From: Octopus sinensis
Lineage: Eukaryota
Length of the DNA: 64,000 nt
Direction of reading: 5' to 3'
Assembly: GCF_006345805.1 (NCBI RefSeq)
Contig: NC_042999.1
Coordinates: forward strand, 81,282,001-81,346,000
Positions within the stretch are counted from its first letter, which is position 1; each line of letters opens with the position of its first letter. The translations under genes were made by a program, and so were the position numbers. Below are positions 26,645 through 40,016 of the stretch, one piece after another. Below the pieces are notes generated by a model. The model had not been told where the DNA came from and made no database searches. It worked only from the letters and a program-made list of their open reading frames with translations.

Positions 26645-28020
26645 TGTCTTTGCACAGCTTCTAACGCTAGAGATGTACTAAGGTACCAGGTGTTCACTAC
26701 CAGTGAACTAAGGTAACATCCCTTATTTTTCAAGCACCACCCAGAGTATTCGATCGGTTCCAAGCAGTGTTATTTTCTGCAAGTGCTCCACCCTTATTGC
26801 AGCCCCTATATATGCCATGTACCTTTCAAGATTTTTACTCACTGTTCCTAGGGTTGTGACTAGTAATATGCCATACGGTTTTACTATTTACTTAACAAAT
26901 TATGCGCGTATCACTTTCTGATGTGTTGTCTATTCTGTATTTGATGTAATTCGTTCTTAGTACTTGCTCTTGGGTTATAAATCAATTTTTAGTCATCCAT
27001 AGCCATGCTTTTCTCTGTCTGTCTTATCTTCAGAATCCCTATGAAATTGTTCATGCATTCTTTTCTTTATCCACCTATTTTCAGTTTCTTCCATTCTCAA
27101 GTGCTTTACAGTGCTTTATCTTTGCAATTCTCCATCATACACAAGCCTGACCACTAATAATAGTGATTCTGTGATATTTTTAATAAATCATGCTATGTTT
27201 CTTTTCTTCTGCTCTAATGCTGTGTTAGCATCCAATCAGTCCTTTCCCTTCTATTTTGCTTGGTATATACAGTCTGTATGTGTCACTTTTTGGGTGGAAT
27301 ATCCCATATCTAGTCAGCAATTTTCTTGTCTTTCTGTCTAAGCTGTTTAGTTCGACTACTACCCATGCGATTAGATAGATTTGCTCTATATCTACAGAGT
27401 GAAACTGCCCAAGTTTTGATTGCTTCAGTCTTGTTCCATCCGACTTAAGGATCAGTCTCAGTCTACGCAAGTACTCCACCTTAAATTTTTCTGTCATTTC
27501 TTTCTCCTTCTATATATTCATTTTCAGTATCCCAAGTACTTATAGCCCGTCTCTTCTATCTGCTTCATAACCTTCCCAGATGTTATAGCTAGCCCGTCCA
27601 TACATTTGATTTTGCCTCTCTTCAAGCCTAACACACTACACTTTTTCAGTTCGAAATCCATTCTGATATCAGCACTGAACGTATGCACCATATCAACGAT
27701 GGAACTGACTTGGGATTCACTTTTACCATACAGTTTGAGGTCGTTCACGAATGACAAGTGGTTGACATACATACACAAGCCTGATCTTCTTACTTACAAT
27801 AATAGTGGTTCTGTTGTATTTTTTACATATCATGGTATGTTGTTTTCTTCTGCTCTAATGCCGAGTTCGCATCCAATCAGTCCTCTTCCCCCTCTTTTTC
27901 TTGGTACATACAGTCTGTACGTGTCACTGTTTAGGTAGAGTATCCCATATATAGTCAGCAACTTTCATGTCTTTCTGTCTAAGCTGTTTAGTTTGTCTAC
28001 TGTCCAAGCGATTAGATTTG
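26645..28020 (-). mobile_element. R4/Dong-like LINE fragments (RT motifs 5-7, thumb, C-terminus)
   Basis: HLSFVNDLKLYG..FSADIRMDFELKKC..GYKYLG; EYLRRLRLILKS..RLYIPSKIEGKGLIG; HLQKITLLGTDRILWVVLEK*; flanked by (TAT)n tracts. Confidence 0.85.
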
Positions 28021-28073
28021 AATATATACCCAGTCTTTGCTTTCCTCAGAAACAGTGTTAGCCATATGCACAC

Positions 28074-28075
<2 letters not shown>

Positions 28076-28120
<45 letters not shown>

Positions 28121-28160
28121 GATGAATATGTTGCTGTTGTTTTTGTTGTTATCGTTGCTG

Positions 28161-28191
<31 letters not shown>

Positions 28192-28262
28192 CGACGACAA
28201 CGACGATGAGGAGAAGGAGGAGGAGCAGCAGCAGGAGGAGCAGGAGGGGGAGAGGAGGAGGA
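28076..28262. repeat. Compound trinucleotide tract (TAT)-(GTT)-(GAT)-(GAC)-(GAG/CAG)
   Basis: Direct sequence. Confidence 0.9.
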
Positions 28263-28729
28263 TGGTGTTATTTTGACTCTCGGCCATGATAGCATTGTTT
28301 CCGCAAAAATCTTCGATGTATTAATTTTTGCAATCGATCCAATATAGAACGATTTGTATATTGTGACATTGGCAATATCTAACAATGCTCGCGTAATGGA
28401 AACACGTGTCATTGTTTCTATCATGGAATCCTGAATGAAAAATATGTCATGGTTCTACATCGTTACTGCCTTTCTAATACAGAGATTAATTAGATTAATT
28501 AATTCCTTAATTACCATATGCAAAAACGCACCTGCACACCCATGTTTGTGTGTATGTATGTATATACGTATGTATATATGTATGTTTATATGTATGTATA
28601 TATTTTCATGTATATACATATAAAACTATAAATTTACGCATACACAGACAGACGCATATACATACGTATACACATACACATATGTATATATGTATAAAAT
28701 ACACATATGTATGTATGTCATTATTTCGT

Positions 28730-29400
28730 TACACATAAAGATTTCTTGCCGACAGAGAAAGAGTCGGTTTCTAACCTAGATCCAAGGCTCCTTCATTGGA
28801 ATTTCAACATCAACGAGGTATTTTGTATCTATGTATACATGTAGGTTTGTATGTTTCGTTTTATGTATGTCTTCTCATGCATATACTTGCATATTTAGAC
28901 AAACTCATATAAACTTAAATGATAAACACCTGGACAGTCTTACATATTTTTACAGTTCCAGTGATCAATTGGATCTGTAGTCACCTTTCTGGTTTTGATA
29001 AGAATAATTTCTCAAGATTGGTATTTAGGCAGTTTGTTACATATACCAATGCCCCAGGTATAAACATGAATTTGTAATCTGGATTGAGTAAGTATAAATT
29101 TCGCAATAGTTCAGCGTAGGTATCCTCTTATTCACTGATCTTCAGTTTTATGTTAACATCCCCAGGGCAACTAATTTCCACAGCTGTACACAATTTCTCT
29201 TCTATATCCCAAATCATTATATCAGGTGTTTTGTGCTTCTATTTTATTGGGAGTTTTAGCTGGAACATTCCACCAGTACTCCTTTTCATTATGAGTGGCT
29301 ATGGCTTCCAATATACTGGGGGTTCTTATTTCATTGTTACCAGTGTTATCTTTCCGACGGATTTTATTACATAGTGTTCTAGCTACAACAGCATATCATA
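28730..29400 (-). mobile_element. Non-LTR retrotransposon 3' fragment with restriction-like endonuclease
   Basis: EYWWNVPAKT..TPDIMIWD..CTAVEISCPGDVNIKLKISE*EDTYAELLRNL on the minus strand, with frameshifts. Confidence 0.68.
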
Positions 29401-30579
29401 TCGGTAGATTATACTGTGATGACATTTTAGGATACCTACTTATGATATGGGTATATGAATGTACGCATGTACGTTCGTACGTACGTATGTACGTATGTAT
29501 GTATGCACACAACAGTGACATGTGATTTGTTCATGATTTAGTAGATGCATCATAGTTATTTATGGAATTTCACAGATTTTTTACATTAATCTATGTCCCT
29601 AGATTTGTAACCTAATAAGTGTGTAAACATATTTTCCCCATGAATCATGTGTTGTCATGAGTATATGCTATGCTTATTATTCTATAGACTTAGAGAATGA
29701 GGCATATGTTTATTGGTTATTTGTCTACAACTTACCTTAGACTGACAATAAACCTCTTCAAAGAGGGATAGACATAACACTTGGCTTTCTTCAGAGATAA
29801 AAATAAACGAAACACATATCTATATCTAGTGTAGTATGGATACTAAAAGAGAGCTAGTGAACAACCCCATATAATATTGGGGACGTTGCAGCAGATCTAC
29901 CCTCTGTATTATGGAAAAATTAAATATATCATAACATGGAGAATGAACGATTTAAATATTTAGGAGGAAAATATATCCTATCTTATGCACAACAAATATT
30001 TGATACTTCGAAATTTCAAGCATGACCCTCGACTCTGCCAGCCCTCCAGTTCGTGTTAGTGTTTCGATATCGATTATTTGCGCGTTATGCTTTATAACAT
30101 TTTAGAACATGTACAGCGCTCAACTTACCGCTCCATGGCCCGAGATTTGCATTCTGTGAAATGCCATAAATAATTATCTGCACACCCTCAAACATGAAAA
30201 AGAGAAGGCACGTTTCTGGTGCGTGCGTGAGTGTGTGTATGTGCGTGTGTATGTGAGTATGCGATGTTTGTGTGTCTGTGTGCATGCATACACTCTCATG
30301 TGTATGTATATTTATATAAATGCAAAGTCACTTTGATCCGCGAAAGAGAGGTGCAGCCAATGGTAAGTATCCAAGAGGTAAAGAAAATCCAAGGTAGAGG
30401 TAAGTGTTGATCGGATCAAAGTGACTTTGCATTGATGTGAAATCCTTAAAAAATATACCACGACGTCTACACATTTCTCACCTTGAACTTTCAACCTTGA
30501 ACTTGTTCGCATAAACTGTCCCGTTTGTTGTATTTTTATTTTCTCTTATATTACCACTTTTTTTACATTCATTTCATAT

Positions 30580-30790
30580 TCGTTAGCTACTGCACGCATT
30601 TTTTTTCTCTCCTTCTTTCTGTGTTTTTTTTTCTCTCTGTGTATCTTTCTGTTGAAGAGCGTAGGCTCGAAACGTTAAAGACTTGTTTTATTTATATTTC
30701 CTGAGCGCCATACTAATACAATTGTTCGTTTGTTTTCCACCTGCCTTCGTCTTTTGTCTATTTTCATAAAGCTTCCCGTTATATTTATAT
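30580..30790 (+). mobile_element. Solo PLE terminal-repeat unit with hammerhead motif
   Basis: Homologous to 57127-57325 and 15800-15990. Confidence 0.8.
30644..30681 (+). ncRNA. Minimal type-I hammerhead-like motif (A6U core variant)
   Basis: UCUUU CUGUUGA A GAGC GUAG GCUC GAAAC GUU AAAGA. Confidence 0.72.
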
Positions 30791-31498
30791 ACGCGTGCTC
30801 GGGCGTTCTCGCATGAGATAGTTAATGCATTACTTGATCAATAAAGAATGCAATTTCTTGCAAGATCTAGAGTTAATGTAAGGAAGTAACAATTCAGATA
30901 AGCTTATAAGTCACCTCTTGTGATTTGTGTATTTATTTTGGAAATCCCGTTGTGTCTCGTATGCACTCTTGTAATCTCATCCAAAACGGAAACTACTTCA
31001 GACACTTCCAAAAGGACACACATTAACAATCGTGATTTTTCTCTTCACTTGAGACACTTGATTGTCCTTTAAACCAAAGTACATATATAAAGTTCGTATT
31101 TGTGTTTGGTTCGCAAGATTTTTTATGTGAATTTATGTGTTGAAAGAAATGATATTGAACTTTGGGAGGGCCATTATGCCGTTAATAATAAACACATGCA
31201 CTGTTTCGGTCCTTTATTGTTAGTTAGTTAGCAAATGGGTTAGTTACTCTGTTAATCATTTTATTGATTAGCTGTTTTTACTAGTTTTTCATTTTCGTAT
31301 GTTAAACACTTTAGTCAAACAGTTTATCGTTCCAATTTGCAGTATTGTTAGTATTGTCATTTCTTTTTCTGTCAAATAATTATTTCATCGCATTGTTCCA
31401 ATCTCTTCAGTGACACGTCTCTCTACTTCCATATGTATGTATATGTTTATATGTAGATAGACAGGCGGATAGATATATTGATATATAATGAGATATAT

Positions 31499-31665
31499 GG
31501 GTGCAGGAGTAGCTCTGTTGTTAGTAGTTTGCTTACCAACAAAAAGATTCCAGTTTCAGTCACACTGCGTGGCACCTTGGGCAAGTGCCTTCTACTACAA
31601 ACTTGGACCGACCAAAGCCTTGACAGTGAATTTGGTAGACAAAAACTGAAACAAGCCTGTCGTGA
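31499..31665 (+). mobile_element. SINE family A 5' half
   Basis: gggtgcaggagtagctctgttgttagtagtttgc...gtggcaccttgggcaagtg. Confidence 0.8.
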
Positions 31666-31747
<82 letters not shown>

Positions 31748-34700
31748 GACATATATATATATACATATATATACATATGTGTGTACACCTATGCGTTTAG
31801 CTTATATAAAATCTAAAACAGCAAATTGATATTTTAAAAATTGATAGTAATATATGTGTAATCAAGAAACAAGCACCAATGATTACATGTGCAGCTTCTG
31901 TTATTTCTATTATTACTCGTACTAGGTCACTTTCTAAAAGTGTAGCGGAATGTACAGTACTGTGCATTGTTGCACCAGCATTCTTTAGGTCGCTAATATA
32001 GCGATATTCAATTTAGCTTCGAGCAGTAAGATACTTCGAAAAATTATACAAATAACGTTAATATTTTTCTGTTGGAGAATTTTTTCTTTTAAAATATAGA
32101 TCTTTGTGCTTGGCAAAATATACGCAAAGCAGATTTTAAAATTTCAGTCTTAACTCTGGGCCGTATAACCTGAAATCATCATATTTGAGTATAGATTAGT
32201 TTGTTAGTTTCTGTAGCTAAATGCTCTTTATTTTAATCAGCACAGATATTTGAAAAATGAAGATGCCATTAGACATTGAACTCAGTATAGAAACGGAGCA
32301 CGCCAAATGCGTCAACGTATTTCAAAAAGTAAGTTTTCTTTTTATGTCATCACACCTCTCTTGCCAATTACACAATGATTTATTACCAAATGCTGCGTAT
32401 TCGCAAAGACAGGAACAAAAAAATTACCATAATTTTAACTCTGAAAATATACCTTTTAACGGACTTCTCAAGTTAAACCTCAATAAAAATGTCAAAAGTA
32501 AAACAGTGTATTTAATTACTAAACTATAGCTTTAACACGTTTGTGTTTATATTTTTTCCTAAAATGATGGTCCATTATTTATCTCATGGGATTTTCAACG
32601 GGTAATTTATATTGAATACCTGTATATTGAATACCTGAATAATTATACAGAGGTTAAAAAAATAAATTTTCTCAGTGAAGACTTTATCAATCTTCAAGAG
32701 TCAGTGCTTGTATAATTAATGAGAATGAAATAATATTAAGAAATCTCGTTTTCGAATAAAATACAGGGCAGCGCGAGATGAAATGGATTCCTAAAGAAAT
32801 TGCTGGTCCTGGAATTGAAAGAACGATCTCGCGATACCAACCAGTGGGTTATAGGCCTTCTGGCCTCCACCAACCTCCACACAGATGCTCGCAAGCACGC
32901 GCACACACACATACATTTATATATATATGTATGTATATATATAATTTAGCGTACGCTGTATAAAAATAGGAGCCACACATATTTTCTTGCCCTGAAGACA
33001 CGCGGCTAAGCACGTTATAAATTCCACTACGCCAAGTGTCTTCATAGGAAGAACCTGTTAGTAGCTCTTATCTATATGCAGTGCACATTAAATGACACAC
33101 TAGATGTAGTAGATTTTTGTTGATCTTACTTTAACGCACCAGTAAACAATGTATATATATATACTTACATAATTGTGTATGTATGTTTGTATATATGTAT
33201 GTTTGTGTGTCTAGAAAGAGATATTCAAGTGTGTGTGTAAATGGATATGCATTATTCTGGCCTACTGTAGTTGTTAAAGTCAGATTATATTACATAATCA
33301 GCTTTCACAGGAACAAATATACTATTTTCCTGTCACTAGTCAAATGACCTTGTGCTATACGAAAAATATACACAAGCGTTAATTCATACATTGTTTACTC
33401 ATCTAAAGGATGAAGTCTCTATGGGTAAAGTGTGTATATTTCTGTGAATTAATTTGCCATTGATATCAGGTAGGTGCCATGATATTGCAATAATTTCTGT
33501 TGGTGCCCAACGAATCTTTAAAATTTCATGTGAGGCTAAATTACATACACTTTGCTAGGACTTAAAGAACAGCCAATATTTACGAAGTATATTCTTTACT
33601 CGTATTTAGCAGATACCATGAAAGTTGATACTAAAAGAAAAGTGTTTGAGAGAATATGCATTTCTATGCGTGATAATTTGAAATAAAATTTTGGGTGTAC
33701 TAGTTCTTTAAACGGTACTAACACCGTTTAAAGAGAGTCGTGTAGTTAAATTAAAATTAGGTATTAGGAGAGAATAAGCAGTATTTCAAGAAATATAAGG
33801 GAGGCGCAGTTCTGCTATTTCAAATTTGAATTCGGTCATGCAAGAGTAGTAACCATGAGGATTGGCTCATATTGGCATCATGTCTCTTAATTATCATTTT
33901 AGCTTCACATATATGAGAAACGTTTATACTTGGCTTAAAAGGCCGAATACGAACATAACACCTTTTTAATTGTTATATATATCAACGATCTAACCATTAT
34001 CCGATAGCAGTCCCAAACTCAATTTTCTGAAATTCTGGCAAGTTCTATGGTTTTTCAAAGGTAGATTATTATATCCCCCAGTACGATTTCATTAAGCCTG
34101 CATAGCAGCAACTAGCCAGAGATACAATTGACGGTTACCAGGAATGCGAAGTAGAGAATTTTCTTGACGTCATGTTTCCCGCAGTACGGTACACTTCATA
34201 CTTCGATCAAGTCTCATATTATATTATATTATATTATATTATATTGTATTATATTATATCAAATACAGTACACTTCATACGTCGATCCAGTCTCCGGATT
34301 ATATTATCCGAATAACTGTCTAGTGGGTTTTACATTTTTGACTTGGATTGAAAGCTGACCTACGAATATAAGATATTTCAAATTTTAATTGATTTGTATT
34401 GTCAAAGTTATTTCATTAGTCTTATGTAACGAGAATTTAAGGTCTATTAGTTTTCAATTATTCAACTATTTCACTTTCATAGAGTTTTGAGAAAGAAATT
34501 TTAAGTTTAGACTCAAAATCATGTGAGTCGGAGCACCCCAGGTTTTCATAGCGCAATTTGTGGTGTAGAATAATTGATGAGGTTATGAATTTAGAGTATA
34601 TCAACTATATTTCAATATAATGTTTGAACTCACGGCATCATATCAACTTATTGCATTATTATTGCATAATAATATTAACATATATTACTAGATACACGTG

Positions 34701-34909
34701 TGAAAGTCGTATATATCCAAGTCAGTAAATAATCTTTATTGAAGTCTAAATTCGGCATTTTGTGAGCTGAGATGTGCAATTAATTGGGCAAAATATATCT
34801 TTTGTTGGCGAAATGAACACTTCCTGATATTATAATTAGAAGTGTAATAATTTGAAATTAAATATAGTAAATCTTTACGTAAACATTCTATATCTCTTTT
34901 CACTTAAAA

Positions 34910-35085
34910 CGGTGTGCTGGCAAAATCGTTAACACGCCGGGAGAATTGCTTAGCAGCCTTTCTTCTGTCGCTACATTCTGAGTTCAAATCCTCCGAGGTC
35001 GACTTTACTTTTCAACCTTTCAAGTTCGATAAAATAACTATTAGCTGAGCACGATCGAAATTGCTGGCCCTGAGCAGAAATTTGA
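34910..35085 (+). mobile_element. SINE family C copy
   Basis: gctggcaaaatcgttaacacgccggg...ctgagttcaaatcctccgaggtcgac. Confidence 0.75.
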
Positions 35086-36941
35086 AATTAATATAGTAAA
35101 ACAATTAAAATTGATTTGTAAAATAGATTTTTATTGTTTGACTTTGTAAGAGTTAATGAGGTTGATGAAAAAGAAGTGAAAGTAAAGAAGGTAAATGCAC
35201 AGAACTGAATAATAAGAGGCATTAGTCTGTTAATCCTAGGTTTTTCGCACTCTGTATTGATTCGGTCAAGCCACTGCATTATCTCATGTCATGTTTTGTC
35301 GTTTGCTGAAGTTTGTTTTATAATACAGACAAAAATAACCTATACATTAGATAAAAAGAATACAATGATTTTAGTGCTCTCGCAAAAGATTTCAATTATC
35401 TGAATGCATAGTTATGCCAGTTAGATGTGGAACGGTCCATTATTACAAACAAAAGCAATATATCTTTTGAACGCCAATACATACTACAGAATCATATAAC
35501 CTTATAAGCAAAAAGGTTTCTTGTTGAAAGTGTAGATTGCATCGTCTCTTTCATAATATTAAAACCAAAATCATTCCAAACAGAAATTTTGATGAAGGCA
35601 ACAGTTGATTACATCGACCACAATACGTGACTGGAATGTTTTAGAAGCCAGCCAGAGAACATTAAGGGTAAAGTTGACCCTGGCGTTATTTTAACTGAGA
35701 ACGTAAAAGTCTGGAAGAAATAAACCATAGCATATGTATGATTCATCCAATCCACCAAAATTATCGTAAACTTAATAATACATACATACTTACTTAAATA
35801 CAGAGTCAGACACATGCAGCCACATACACGCAAACACACGCGTACACATGCACATCCACGCACTCATAAACACACATGCACACACGCGCGCGTTTGTTGT
35901 GTGTGTGTGTGTGTGTTTATTCTGTCTGCGAAAACTCACTGTTGTCACTACGAACGGATTCTGGTCTTATTCGAAATAAAATGAAAGTAGTCCAATTTTC
36001 CCTTGTTTGGGTCATTTTGCCTCATTAGATTTGTTACAAACACATAGATTTCAGCTTTTAAACTTTTTAATACAACGACACCTATTTTAGGAAACGCTAA
36101 AACTGAAAAAATAAATATATAGTACTTGACTGGTCCAATTCACACAGAAACAAAATTCATAGTCGATTTCACTAACATTTCAACTCAAATCTTAAATTAA
36201 CATAGCTAGATAACTATTACGTGGCATTAAGGCAAATGAAATTGTTGAAGAATCCAGTTGCCTAAGCGGGCACTTGTATATTTGTCGATTGAATCCTTCA
36301 TGTATGTTAAACAAAATTCGATCTAATTATATAAGGTAGGTGAATAATCCAAGAAAAGTTATTTCCTTTGTGGAAATTACAAATGTTATTTAAGCATATG
36401 AGAAGTAAAAATTGTGCAGGGAAGAATTTCATAGGTGAAATAATTGTAATACCTTATTGGAAACTCTGTTTTCGTTGAGGAATAGGTGAACATTTAGAAT
36501 TTAAAATGATTGAATCTAGTAGTTTCTAAGGAAATATTGAAAGAAATTGAATTCTTTGTTCTACAGTTCATATGATCTGTGCCCGCGGGAATTTTCTTCG
36601 TTTCAGTCTTGTGATGATAATCAAATACAAAAGCATTCAATGCAGAAAATATTAGCACAGTTTTAAAAATTCCAGAATAAGAAGCTCATTCAAATTACAG
36701 CTGTCCTCCAGGTGTTGCTATTCACTGAGGTCTGTTTTTGCAGTTACTTTGCACCAATCTATTCCTGTTCAAAAGCATCAAAGACAAAAGAAATTTCAGC
36801 AGACAATGCGTTCTCTATCTTCGAAACGTCGACTACAGAGATATATTACTCACCGTACAGTTCTATATTTAAACGATGAGCAATAATGTACATTTTTTAT
36901 ATTATTTACATTCACGGATATTTGTCCTCATCTTGTTTCTT

Positions 36942-36985
36942 AACACATTTCAGCTGGTATACCCTCCAGCCTTCGTCAGGTGTCT
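36942..36985 (-). ncRNA. Hammerhead motif with intact CUGACGA core and 3-nt deletion at stem III
   Basis: AGACAC CUGACGA A GGCUGG-loop-CCAGCU GAAAU GUGUU. Confidence 0.65.
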
Positions 36986-37033
36986 TGCGGGAAATTTCGA
37001 ACCTGGGTTCTCATTCCTAAGGTGTTTTCGATG

Positions 37034-37074
<41 letters not shown>

Positions 37075-37227
37075 GTTCAGGTCACTGCCTGGAATCGAAC
37101 TCGGAATCTTGGGATTAGTAGCCCGCGATCTTAAACAATATGCCATATGCCCATGAACAATTATGGAGTGAATTTTTAGGATTTATAGGGTTTTATAAGT
37201 CCTAAAATTCCCTCCATAATTGCTAAC

Positions 37228-37303
37228 GGGCATATGGCGTAGTGGTTAAGACCGCGGGCTACTAACCCAAGATTCCGAGTTCGTTTCCAGGTAGTGACCT
37301 GAA
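37228..37303 (+). promoter_or_regulatory. tRNA-like head with Pol III internal promoter boxes
   Basis: A box TGGCGTAGTGG 37235-45; B box GAGTTCGTTTCC 37277-88; the mirror copy has B box GAGTTCGATTCC at 37091-37102 (minus). Confidence 0.78.
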
Positions 37304-37314
37304 TAATAATAATA

Positions 37315-37372
<58 letters not shown>

Positions 37373-37586
37373 TGCGTGTGTGTGTGTGTGTGTGTATGTG
37401 TATATATAAACGTGCATACACAATAAGTCCGAATATTAAATCTTGTAACTTTTGAAGCATGTTACATCACCTTATGAGGCTGTGTGATGCATCTAATGTC
37501 ATTATATCGTTCCCCTAAGGAGCAGTGCCGAAGCGAGTGTTATGCTAAATAACGCTTCTAGTTCCACTCCGTCTTCCGTATCAAAC

Positions 37587-37655
<69 letters not shown>

Positions 37656-38787
37656 ATGTTTGTATGTATATATATATATACACGCATATGTAAGCACTGC
37701 TGTTTATGAAAGCAAGAAGCCAAATTTATGCAATTATTTTCTTGAAAATGAAGTTTCGGGACTTCATGCAACTTTTTCCAAACTCCCGGATGTTGTTGAC
37801 GCTGAACTTGAAACTGATTTGTTTGGCACGTGTTTAAATATATCATCATTCATTCCGAGCTAAAATGCAAATATTAGATATTTTCTTAGTATATATCATT
37901 TTGCTTGAGGCGAAGTACGCAATTTTAGAGTGGTATGCTGCGACGAATGCTTGATCATGAAAAGCAAAAGTCGTAAAACCCTGCATCAAAGCTTTAGAAT
38001 CAAAAGATTGTAAATGTCACCAATCAGCAGTAGATTTCCTTTCCGATATTGAACATATTGTATCGAAAATAAACCTTAAAAAATAAAACATAAAACAAAG
38101 AAAAAATTGAATATAGATGCGAGTAATATATGCCGAAGATATAGGAGAGAATTATTGGTAGAGATGAAAAGTGGAATATAGATAAAATAAACTTCTAATA
38201 AAAGTTCTCACTGGGCAGAACTTACAGAAAAGACTACAGTAGTCAACTACATCTTATTACTAAGTCCTTTTTGCTATCAAATGCAACCAATTTTCTGTTG
38301 AGAATTGATAAGAACATCAAAGCACGGAGCTGACTAATCGACATTTTACTTCGATTATGAATTGAAATTTAATCGTCAGATAATCATTGAAAGATTTCTG
38401 TTCTTTCCATTTCTTGTTCTTATATTTATTTGGTTTCTAGGCATTGTTCTTTAATCTTAATGCTTTTATATATATTTAAATTGGCTTCGAAATTCGAGGA
38501 TTATTATTTCTTTGTGATAATCAAAAGACGATTTACTTTCCCGGTAGATTTTTTTCAATAAATTTAAGCTCATATATAAAGTCATTGTTTATATAGAAAT
38601 ATTGTTTTTATAAGTGAATGCACAAATACATACATATGCACACATACATACACACATGAATTCATAACACTGGTGAGAACCACAACGTAACAAAAGGTAC
38701 TCAACACTCTTCAGTAGTGTATAACAGCATTTCCTCAAATGTTTGTTTACGCAAATAGACTTCTGTGTGTGTGTATATATATATATA

Positions 38788-39808
38788 TCTCTTATTATAA
38801 AAGGCAGATTTTATCTGCCTCCCTTTGGGAGTTATACAAATCTACAATATAGGATTTCTTCAATTACAATTTACCTAGCAATTTTAAGAGTACAATGCAT
38901 CGCGTCATGCCAGGTCCAGTTTTTAAAATTTAAACTCCAATTAAGCAAAATTTACAGAAAACTCACATTCTGGTGTGTGTGTCAAATGCTTTTCTTAGTC
39001 TGGTTTACACCACACGCAAACGCACACACACACAAAGGGGGCGAATTGTTTCACTGACGCTATCACCCTTCTCCTCCTTTGTTTTTGTAAGTTTGCAGCT
39101 ATTAAAGTGAAAACAGTGAATCCGACAGCGATAAAGAAAACGAATTGGTACCTGAATGGAGTGAAAATTTAAAAACTGTTTCTTTCGGTGAGTTTTCTGA
39201 AGAAACTGGACCAAGCCACAGACTTTCCCTGAAGAGTAAAGCCTTAGACTATTTCTATTTACTTTTTCGAATGAGCCTATTTGAAATCATTACGCTAAAC
39301 GTAAACAAACCGAAAGAAAGGATAGTTTGTTATTTCACACAACCTTAAATGAAATTAAGGCCTATTTTGCCATAAATATTATTATGGGTATCAGAAAGTT
39401 ACCCAGAATAACAAATTCTATCGTAAAATTTTGTTGTATACCCAATTGAATATTAGCTAATAATCCATTTTCTATAGCGATGTTTGAACAAAATTTTAAT
39501 AATTTTACAGAAAGTTACCCAGAATAACAAACGAGCCCTTCTGGGTATTAGCGCGCGTCTACGATGAGTCTACGATTTAAAAAAAATTACCATCATATTT
39601 TTTAATTTTAATGCATTTTTTTCGCTTTTATATAAGGGAAGTAACTCTCTAAAAATATCTACGATTTGTCAACGATTTAAAGAAAAATTTACCTTAATTT
39701 CTTTTCAATTTTTAATGCATTTTTTTGCTACTTTTTGGCTATAACTCTCTAAAAATGCTTATATAGTTATTTCCCTTACAACCCGAGCAACGCCGGGCGA
39801 TACTGCTA

Positions 39809-39809
<1 letters not shown>
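38788..39809 (+). mobile_element. Non-autonomous Helitron
   Basis: 5' TC after host A; 3' hairpin cccgagcaacgccggg then CTAG followed by host T; no TSD; internal tandem duplications. Confidence 0.85.
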
Positions 39810-39889
<80 letters not shown>

Positions 39890-39892
<3 letters not shown>

Positions 39893-40016
39893 CTTGCTCG
39901 CTTAGCCAGCGGGGTGGCGTCATTTGAAGGCTGAAACAATGCGAGGCGCATTGTGACCAGCGATGTGTAGCAACCTCTGAAAGACTGGTCGGTCACGGTG
40001 ATCACAGTGACGGTGA
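39890..40016. mobile_element. ~120-bp structured mini-element in (TA)n, copy 1
   Basis: Homologous to 59952-60069; (TA)n on both sides. Confidence 0.8.

Larger units (their letters stand above)
36856..37315 (-). mobile_element. Stand-alone tRNA-module+HHR terminal repeat of the Poseidon-type PLE, with an inverted partial copy at its 5' end
   Basis: 36856-37187 (minus) is collinear with 8718-9006; 37194-37303 is its inverted duplicate. Confidence 0.85.

Noticed and set aside
32996-33052. tgaagacac...gtgtcttca 9-bp stem after CTGAAGA
   Set aside because: No GAAA core; compatible with chance in 64 kb
37228-37303. Genuine tRNA gene
   Set aside because: Acceptor and T stems do not pair properly; it is part of a repeated cassette
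37690-37865. Open frames on both strands after a microsatellite
   Set aside because: Short, with no motif I recognise
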